Below, in pieces: positions 9,686 through 16,947 of a stretch of DNA of 25,219 nucleotides (its first letter is position 1; each line of letters begins with the position of its first letter). The position numbers were made by a program, and so were the translations under genes. The DNA comes from Oligoflexia bacterium (GTDB lineage: Bacteria; Bdellovibrionota; UBA1018), in assembly GCA_043732485.1 (NCBI GenBank), contig JAYTHP010000207.1:1-25219 (forward strand), read 5' to 3'. The notes under the pieces are model-generated. The model worked only from the letters and a program-made list of their open reading frames with translations. It had not been told where the DNA came from and searched no databases.

Positions 9686-10037
9686 GAAGGGTGCCCTTTC
9701 GCCCTCCTAAAGTTTTCTTACTGGCCGGACTGTCTGCCGCATGCTGAGAAGGAAGCTGAGATTTTTTGAGCCCTTTTGACTTGTGCGTCGCTTGATCCTC
9801 AGCCTCACCGCTCCCGGACCCACTCCCGCCGTCTTTGGGTGCTGAGCCGTCTGCGGCCTCAGACGCAGCGTAGACATCTTGGTGGGTTTCCCGAACCACC
9901 ACAGGCGGTGGCGGCGTTAAGTCGGTTAGGATTTCGCTGTCAGCCGCAAGTCCCCTTGGCAACAGACTCGCGAAGAGGAGGCAACCCGCCATCATCGCTG
10001 CTTGCTTGCGCAGGGTTTGGGGTGGGCGCGCAGCCAT
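9570..10037 (-). CDS. Hypothetical exported, low-complexity protein (ORF can extend to 10127)
   Basis: Fills the ftsK-cca gap on the same strand. Signal-like LRKQAAMMAGCLLFASLLPRGLA precedes a disordered, charged body. Confidence 0.55.
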   Translation of the reverse strand: MAARPPQTLRKQAAMMAGCLLFASLLPRGLAADSEILTDLTPPPPVVVRETHQDVYAASEAADGSAPKDGGSGSGSGEAEDQATHKSKGLKKSQLPSQHAADSPASKKTLGGRKGTLREKEAEGTPPQVESSDGSIQKSFYRNKDTGENYEVDTD

Positions 10038-10204
10038 GTGCGAGCGTAAGCGACTTGAGACAGGGTGTGCAGCAGTGTTTTTGATGATTTGCAATGGGCT
10101 TAGCCTCGCCTGCGGGAAGGGGTTCACTCAGATCAGTCGTCCTAGATCATTTTCTCAAGCTTACCGCCTTTTTGGGGAAATCTCTACGGCCTTTTTTTTG
10201 CGTC

Positions 10205-12943
10205 TTAAAGTTTTAAAATCTCACGCGGCTTGCCCACCTGCCGAGGACTCACGCTCCCCTGACTTTCCATCTGTTCGACTAACCGCGCTGCCCGGTTATA
10301 GCCAATTTTTAGCGCCCGCTGCAAAAAACTAGCCGAGACGTTCCCCGACTGGGTCATCAGCGCCAGCGCCTCAGCCAGTAACGGATCTGACGCGCCGCTA
10401 TCCCGCTGACGGTTAAGCGCACCTTGATGATCCCTTTGATGCTCCTTGTTGCGTGGTCGCAATGGATGCCCCCCACCGTTCTCATCCTCGCTCGTGTTAT
10501 CTTGCAGAATCTCAGCCCGGTAAGCAGGCTTCCCCTGGGCCTTTAAAAAGGCCGTTAATTGCTGGATCTCTTCATCCGCTAAAAAGGCCCCTTGCAGCCT
10601 CAGGTGTTGCGATACCCCTGGGGCAATAAACAGCATGTCGCCTTGCCCCAGCAAGCGCTCCGCCCCGGCCCGGTCCAAAATCGTCTTGGAGTCGACGAAA
10701 CTGGACAACTGAAACGACACGCGGGAGGGCAGGTTCGCTTTAATCAGCCCCGTCACCACGTCAGTCGAAGGTCGCTGGGTGGCCACCACTAAATGAATGC
10801 CTGCCGCCCTGGCTTTTTGAGCGATCCGGGCAATCGAAATCTCCACTTCCTTGCGCGCCACCATCATCAAATCCGCTAATTCATCGATAATAATCACTAA
10901 ATAGGGCAATTCCCCCACCTGAGGTACGCCGTTCGTGTCACTCTCAAAGACTTGCTCCCACGAACCCGTCAGCGAGTCTTCGCCAGCCTCTGCAAAGGCC
11001 GCTTGCAAAAAGCTGGCCATTTTCACGCTGCCCCACTCGCGCACCTTTTGATTAAAAGACGACAAGTGCCTGGCTCCCACCTGCGCTAAAATCCGGTAAC
11101 GATTTTCCATCTCCCGCACCGCCCAACGCAGCGCCTGACTTGCCTTCCCCGGGTCATCCACCACCGGCAACAACAAGTGCGGGATGTCCTGGTAGGCTTG
11201 AAATTCAATCAGTTTCGGATCGACCAGAATCATCCGCAGCTCGCTTGGCTTAAACCGGTACAAAAGCGAGGCAATCAAGCCATTCATAAAAACCGACTTC
11301 CCCGATCCGGTTTGCCCCGCACACAGCAAGTGCGGCATCTTCGCTAAATCCGCCAAACACGGCTGCCCCCCGATGTCTTTCCCCATCACCACAGGCAGGG
11401 TGTACTTTTGTCCAAAAAAATCAGGATGTTGCAAGAAGTCTCGTAAATAGACCGTTTCTCTTTGCTCACTCGGGATCTCAATTCCGACCACCGCTTTTCC
11501 AGGCAAAGGCGCAAGAATCCGCACACTTTGCGCCGAAAGCGCCATGGAAAGATCATCCGCCAGGGCGGCAATCCGCGAGATCTTCACGCCCACCCCGGGC
11601 TTGAACTCATACAGGGTAATCACTGGCCCAGGCCGCACCGCCGTCACTTCGCCCGCAATCCCGAAATCAAAGAACTTTTGCTTGAGAATCTGAGCATTTT
11701 GCTTCAGCTTCTCGCGGTCCACGTGCGACGCCGCAAGCGGCAACGGCTGCCTGAGGAGCGACACGGGCGGCAATTCCCAAGGAGCGCTTGCTTTTGCTGC
11801 TTCGTCGTCACCTGCTTCGTCTCCGGCCCGCTTTGCCGCTTTGACTTTTGCGGCTTTAACGTTTGCCGGCTCTTCACCTCCCCTTGCAGTGAGGCTTGCT
11901 GCGTCTTCGAACTGCGCCCCTGCAAAAGCCTTGAGTGCAAACACCCTGGGTAACGCCTCAGGGGCACTGGCTTCCGTATCGGCTTCCAAATCGCCTGGCC
12001 ACTGCCGCTGACCCCCCCCTGCCGCTGTCAAAAGTTCATCAGAAGGCCGCTTGCGGGAAGCAGCAGCGTCTGGCAGGAAGTTTTCCCGCAAACCACTGTG
12101 CATGCGGGCTCGACCCTCTGCACGCCGACCTGCTTCACGGAACCAGGCAGACGCAGCCCCGCTCCTGCGCAAGCGCCACCACCCAGCCCTCAAAAGCCCA
12201 AGCACACCGCCCAGCAGTAGGCTCACTGCCTGCCATAAGCGCTCACGCGTCAAGCGCTTGACGCTGCTACTACTCTTTCCTCGGGGGCTCGTCGTTTTTT
12301 TGTCATCCCGCTTGTCGTGGACCGACGCGTCACTCCCAAAGCCCCGCTGTTGCTGCTGCCACAGCGCTTGCAGTCTCGCTTTGATACCGCCACTCAGGCT
12401 CATCCAAGCCCGTAACGACTCGCCCGCGCCAATGAAAGCCAAGCCCCAACCCGCAAGCAAGCCCGCAAGCCAGAGCGTGCCACCACGATTGAGTTGCCAT
12501 TGCAGCTTTCTCACTAACCAACGGCCGAGAATCCCACCTGGTAAAAAAACCTCTCCGCCCCAACGAAACTGGGTCTTCAGTAAGGAAATGGCCAGAAGGA
12601 GCGCAACCAGCAGGAAAAAGCACCCTAAGTTGACCCAGGAGCGCTGCTGCGAGGCTTGCCCCTCCCGCTTACGCCAAAACAACGGCGCTGAGCCCAGCAA
12701 ACACAGCGGTGAAACTGCAAACGCCAGCAACCCCAGCCGACTTAAGGCCCAGCGAGCAAAGATCGTGCCCCATAAGCCCCAAGTGTTTTTGCTCGCTCCC
12801 ACCCTTGCCCCACTCTGGCTTAGCGCCTCCCAGCCGGGATCGGAGGCTTGATAGCTCCCCAAGGCCCCAAAAACAAAGATCGCTAAGGCCAACAACAAAA
12901 CCTGCCCCAAGTCTTGGATCAAGCTTTTGCGTGGCGCCGTCAC
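10205..12943 (-). CDS. ftsK: DNA translocase FtsK
   Basis: N-terminal transmembrane segments, GPVITLYE, Walker A AGQTGSGKS, Walker B IIIDELADLM, KARAAGIHLVVATQRPS, GAERLLGQGDML, and gamma domain SASFLQRALKIGYNRAARLVEQME. Confidence 0.97.
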   Translation of the reverse strand: MTAPRKSLIQDLGQVLLLALAIFVFGALGSYQASDPGWEALSQSGARVGASKNTWGLWGTIFARWALSRLGLLAFAVSPLCLLGSAPLFWRKREGQASQQRSWVNLGCFFLLVALLLAISLLKTQFRWGGEVFLPGGILGRWLVRKLQWQLNRGGTLWLAGLLAGWGLAFIGAGESLRAWMSLSGGIKARLQALWQQQQRGFGSDASVHDKRDDKKTTSPRGKSSSSVKRLTRERLWQAVSLLLGGVLGLLRAGWWRLRRSGAASAWFREAGRRAEGRARMHSGLRENFLPDAAASRKRPSDELLTAAGGGQRQWPGDLEADTEASAPEALPRVFALKAFAGAQFEDAASLTARGGEEPANVKAAKVKAAKRAGDEAGDDEAAKASAPWELPPVSLLRQPLPLAASHVDREKLKQNAQILKQKFFDFGIAGEVTAVRPGPVITLYEFKPGVGVKISRIAALADDLSMALSAQSVRILAPLPGKAVVGIEIPSEQRETVYLRDFLQHPDFFGQKYTLPVVMGKDIGGQPCLADLAKMPHLLCAGQTGSGKSVFMNGLIASLLYRFKPSELRMILVDPKLIEFQAYQDIPHLLLPVVDDPGKASQALRWAVREMENRYRILAQVGARHLSSFNQKVREWGSVKMASFLQAAFAEAGEDSLTGSWEQVFESDTNGVPQVGELPYLVIIIDELADLMMVARKEVEISIARIAQKARAAGIHLVVATQRPSTDVVTGLIKANLPSRVSFQLSSFVDSKTILDRAGAERLLGQGDMLFIAPGVSQHLRLQGAFLADEEIQQLTAFLKAQGKPAYRAEILQDNTSEDENGGGHPLRPRNKEHQRDHQGALNRQRDSGASDPLLAEALALMTQSGNVSASFLQRALKIGYNRAARLVEQMESQGSVSPRQVGKPREILKL

Positions 12944-12945
12944 GG

Positions 12946-14004
12946 CTACGAATCCCGTGCGGGGGATCCAGCCACTTTTTCCTCAAGTGTCAGCCCCGCC
13001 GCTCCTGGCTGCGATGTGCTCATGCGCCCGACTTTAAAATCCACTAACATACTTTCCAGGGATTTACGCAAGGCCTCACGGGTGGTGTGATGACAAGTCC
13101 AACCTAAAGCCTTCAAGCGATTGATATTTAAACGAATAATAGGTACATCGCCTTTCCAGCCGCGATCACCCCCTGAATAGTTCAGACGCACCGCGTTCCT
13201 GGAGAGCCCCAAGACTTCAATGGCTAATTCTGCAATTTCCTGCACGGTGATGTAATCTCCCGTCCCGAGGTTAAAGACCTGAAAAGGCACAGCCGATTTT
13301 TCATACGCTAGCAAGACGCCTTGCACGACATCCGAGACATGCACATAAGACTTACTTTGCTGCCCATCTCCAAGGATACTCAATTCTTGGGAATTATTTA
13401 AGAGTTTTTTTATAAAATCAAAACCCACCCCATGCGTTTGCCTCGGCCCCACCACATTCCCGAAACGAAACGCTACCCCGCGCATGCCAAACATGTAGGC
13501 ATAGCTGGCAATGAGCGCCTCACCCGCCAATTTACTGGCGCCGTAAGTCGAAACCGGGATCAAGGGCCCATAATCCTCAAATGCTTCAAACTCCCCTAAC
13601 TCGCCGTAAACCCCACTGCCTGAGGCATACAGCAACGTCTTCACCCCCATCACCCGCATGGCTTCTAAGACATTTTGCGTGAGCTCCGTGCCCTCACGAA
13701 AATCAATGTCAGGCTCACGCACCGCCCGGGCAATGTCGGGATTGGAGGCTAGATGAATCACGCACTCTTGATCTTGCATGGCTTTTCGTAAGGCCACAGC
13801 GTCATGGACGTCCGCTTGAATGACTTTTAAGCGTCCTTCGGCCAGCGCCTGGGCGTGATGCTGATAATGCCAAGACCGACCGGAAGAAAAATTATCAAAG
13901 AGGGTGACTTGTGCGCTGCCGGAGTGCTGCAACAAAAAGTCCGTAAAATGACTGCCAATAAATCCTGCTCCACCCACAATCACGGTTCGCTCACATTTTA
14001 ACAT
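12946..14004 (-). CDS. NAD-dependent epimerase/dehydratase (extended SDR, UDP-glucose 4-epimerase-like)
   Basis: GGAGFIGSH, DNFSSG, YGASK (YxxxK), RFGNVVGPRQTHGV, GDGQQSKSYVHVSD, RGWKGDVP. Confidence 0.92.
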   Translation of the reverse strand: MLKCERTVIVGGAGFIGSHFTDFLLQHSGSAQVTLFDNFSSGRSWHYQHHAQALAEGRLKVIQADVHDAVALRKAMQDQECVIHLASNPDIARAVREPDIDFREGTELTQNVLEAMRVMGVKTLLYASGSGVYGELGEFEAFEDYGPLIPVSTYGASKLAGEALIASYAYMFGMRGVAFRFGNVVGPRQTHGVGFDFIKKLLNNSQELSILGDGQQSKSYVHVSDVVQGVLLAYEKSAVPFQVFNLGTGDYITVQEIAELAIEVLGLSRNAVRLNYSGGDRGWKGDVPIIRLNINRLKALGWTCHHTTREALRKSLESMLVDFKVGRMSTSQPGAAGLTLEEKVAGSPARDS

Positions 14005-14062
14005 ACGATCCTCTGACCTTTCTTAAAAAAAATAAAACCCTCAAAAAAATTGAAGCACGCTC

Positions 14063-14995
14063 TCAGGCATTCAAGCGCTTAACGGTTTCCATCACCGCCG
14101 CTTTCGAGTCAAACTCGGCCTGCCAGTGCAACTGATCCAAGGTATTGGAAGCAATGAAATTGGTAAACGCATCCCCACGCCAGCCGCGCTTTCCTCCCGT
14201 GTAATGAAAGGCCACGTCTGGCAAACCTAGGCCCTGACACACCGCTTGTGCCACCTCCGTGACTGAGATTTGATCGCGATTACCGATATGCACCAAATTG
14301 ACCTTCTCGTGAACCTCTCGGGTGGATTTTAAAATAGCTCGCACACAGTCATCCACCAGCATGAAGGAGCGACGCTGTGAGCCGTCGCCTAAAATTTCCA
14401 GATTTTTAGGATCTTTCTTCAGTTTTTGCATTAAATCAAAAATCACCCCATGATCCATTCTCCCCCCAATGATCCCGACAAATCGAAAAATCCAAGCCTG
14501 CAGATCAAAGGTATGGGCATAAGCCGAAATCAACCCTTCGCATGCCATTTTGGCTCCCCCATAGATGTTCATCGGCTGCAGCGGACCATACGACTCAGGC
14601 GTCGGCACCACCTTGGCATCGCCTAAGACCGTGGTGCTCGAGGGAAACATGATTTTCTTCACCCCGTGCGCCCGCATGGCTTCCAGCACGTAAAACCCAC
14701 CTAAAACATTTTGATTGAGATAGTCTTCAGCATGATCGGCGGCATAACGAATATCGCTGTTGTCGCAGAGGTGAAAAATAAAATCTTTTTGACTCACTGC
14801 GGCATGCACTTGCGCTTGATTGCGAATGTCGCCATCAATGCATTGAAAAAGAGGTGAATCCTTCACTTTGGCCAAATTAGCTGGGCTGCCTTTAGAAAAG
14901 TTATCAAACACGCAAACCGAATGACCCTCTTGGATCAACACTTCCACCAAATGACTGCCAATAAATCCTGCTCCACCGGTGACTAACACTCTCAT
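14063..14995 (-). CDS. NAD-dependent epimerase/dehydratase (extended SDR), paralog of the downstream gene; ORF can extend to 15082
   Basis: MRVLVTGGAGFIGSHLV from ATG 14995, SSTTV, YGGAK, HGVIFD, GDGSQRRSF, RGWRGD. Confidence 0.92.
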   Translation of the reverse strand: MRVLVTGGAGFIGSHLVEVLIQEGHSVCVFDNFSKGSPANLAKVKDSPLFQCIDGDIRNQAQVHAAVSQKDFIFHLCDNSDIRYAADHAEDYLNQNVLGGFYVLEAMRAHGVKKIMFPSSTTVLGDAKVVPTPESYGPLQPMNIYGGAKMACEGLISAYAHTFDLQAWIFRFVGIIGGRMDHGVIFDLMQKLKKDPKNLEILGDGSQRRSFMLVDDCVRAILKSTREVHEKVNLVHIGNRDQISVTEVAQAVCQGLGLPDVAFHYTGGKRGWRGDAFTNFIASNTLDQLHWQAEFDSKAAVMETVKRLNA

Positions 14996-15194
14996 CGCTT
15001 CACTTTTCTCTCTTTCTTTTTTTTCCCCGGGCTGAGTTTTTTGACGCCCCAGCGGGTGGGGTGGCAAGCGTTTTACAATCACTCAACCCATTGCTCAGCC
15101 CCGACTTTTTCATGAGCTTTCTTATAAACTCTCCGTCAAGCCTCTTCAAGGGAGGTCATGAAGACGCAAGTTTTTTTTTGCTCTTCTAGCTCCC

Positions 15195-15243
15195 GTTTTT
15201 GACTTGACCCTACAAGCTTAGGCTAAAGAGTCAAGTCAAAAAC
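15195..15243. promoter_or_regulatory. Perfect 14-bp inverted repeat with 21-bp spacer in the divergent intergenic region; candidate operator or promoter element
   Basis: GTTTTTGACTTGAC at 15195-15208 and GTCAAGTCAAAAAC at 15230-15243. The repeat is seen directly; its function is inferred. Confidence 0.5.
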
Positions 15244-15718
15244 CAGCCCCCTGCCGGCCAAAAACTCCCCATGACGCCGCTTTCGTGTTTTCCGTCCCCT
15301 CTTTTGACCTAAGGGTCAGAGGGGGGTGAGGGTTTGGGCTGGGAGATTATTTGACTTTCCAGCAGAAAAAGTCCAAACTTGAAGTCGCGCGTCTAAGCTC
15401 AACCTAGTCCACGCAGCTCCTTCATGGACTCGTTTCTCAAAAATAGAAGTGTGTGCGTTTGTGTGTGCCCCTTGCTCCTCCGCCTTGAAGAGCGTCACAC
15501 GCTCGAAGTTGACAAGCCAGAGACGTGTTAGCGACATGGATGCGACCTAAAGTGACCTACTGCGACCCTGCAAAGGTGAGCAAAAAGTCTCAAGCTCAAG
15601 GGAATGTCGATCCCAAAGCGGGTTCCAAGCAGCAGCGGGCTCCTGGGGGAGCTGCCGCAATGAAAACGCTCTCATGGAGACGCTTGAGAGCGAAGACCGA
15701 AACAACGTCCGTCCGTTC

Positions 15719-15746
15719 ACCCCCCTTCAAAGCTTTGGGGTTTTTT
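15719..15746 (+). terminator. Weak terminator-like hairpin with U-tract just upstream of the glycosyltransferase RBS
   Basis: ACCCCCCTTCAAAGCTTTGGGG followed by TTTTTT. Confidence 0.3.
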
Positions 15747-15768
15747 AACGATTAGGGAGAATAGCCAT

Positions 15769-16947
15769 TTGGCCTCGCAACTTTTTTTGCTCATTACTTT
15801 TGTTTCCCTCGGGATCCAGTTTTTTGGTTTGTTTTGCTTCCTCTACTTCATGCTCACCAAAAACCCAAAACCCTTAAAGCATGGACCGTATCCGTCCGTC
15901 ACGATCTTAAAGCCTTGCTACCTGACTGAAGACAATGAAGTGGAAAATTATCGTCATTTCTTCCAGCAAGACTACCCTGGAGCCCTCGAGTTGGTGTTTA
16001 TCGCCTCTCGCTCCACCGACCCTGCGGTCCCCTTAGTCCAGCAGTTCCTGGCACAGTTCCCACAAACCCGAGCAAAACTGCTTTTTTCCACCGAAAAAAA
16101 CTCTTACTGGGGCAAAATTGACGCCGTCAAACTGGGTCTTGAGCAGACGCAAACCGACATTGTGATCATCTCCGACTCTGACGTCTCGGTTCATCAAAAT
16201 TACGTCTCCCAAGTGGTGGGTGCGCTGAGTGAGCCGCAAGTCACTCTGGTCAGCACGCCGCAACTGGATCACGGGGCCAATAATTTTGCCACCGGCTTAA
16301 AGACTTTAGCCAATAACTGCGATAGTGCGCTGTTTACGGTGGCGCATCACTTGCTACAACCGACGAAAAACATTGCCCTGGGTCACTCCATTGGGTTTTG
16401 GATGAAAGACTTCAACGAGTTGCCAGCCAACAAGTGGGACTTCATGAGTCGCTTCCTGGCTGAAGACCAAGCCTATGGGCACCTTTTTGGCCAAGCCGGC
16501 AAGAAAATCATCTGGCGCAACATTTTTTGTCCAGTCTCGTTTGCTAACAAAAGCCTAAAGCAGGTGTATCAGCAAAAAGTCCGCTGGTTGATCAATCAAA
16601 AAATGATTGCGCCCCACCCGCTGGTCTATCTGCTAGGGATCTTGATTTACTCAGAAATTCCGGGCCTGATTTACTGTGCGTTGCAGGACTTCCAGGCTTT
16701 TAGCCTGCTCTTGTTGCTCACCACCGTGCTCGTGCGCATCTTCGAATCCTTCCTGGTCGAACGGCTGTACTTAGGATCCTCAAGCATGACCAGGCGTTAC
16801 TGGTGGACCATTCCCTTGTGGGATGTGTCGCAACTCTACTTCTTTATTCATGGCTTTTTTAAAAAGAAGATCAGCTATGGCCTGAAAGTCTACCGCGTGG
16901 TCAATAAATACTACCTCGAAGAAGACAAACCAACGCCGCCACTGTAA
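15769..16947 (+). CDS. Membrane glycosyltransferase, ceramide glucosyltransferase/HpnI-like (GT21-type)
   Basis: GGGAGA RBS with TTG start, N-terminal TM helix, PSVTILKP, QQDYP, DPA, GKID, IISDSDV, FLAED, QKVRW (QxxRW-type), and C-terminal TM helices. Confidence 0.85.
   Translation: MASQLFLLITFVSLGIQFFGLFCFLYFMLTKNPKPLKHGPYPSVTILKPCYLTEDNEVENYRHFFQQDYPGALELVFIASRSTDPAVPLVQQFLAQFPQTRAKLLFSTEKNSYWGKIDAVKLGLEQTQTDIVIISDSDVSVHQNYVSQVVGALSEPQVTLVSTPQLDHGANNFATGLKTLANNCDSALFTVAHHLLQPTKNIALGHSIGFWMKDFNELPANKWDFMSRFLAEDQAYGHLFGQAGKKIIWRNIFCPVSFANKSLKQVYQQKVRWLINQKMIAPHPLVYLLGILIYSEIPGLIYCALQDFQAFSLLLLLTTVLVRIFESFLVERLYLGSSSMTRRYWWTIPLWDVSQLYFFIHGFFKKKISYGLKVYRVVNKYYLEEDKPTPPL

Noticed and set aside
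15510..15700. Cobalamin, c-di-GMP-I or glycine riboswitch
   Set aside because: Only scattered short matches. The cobalamin GGTG..AATCC stem and ACTGT, and the conserved cores of the other two, are absent, and the downstream gene is not B12-related.
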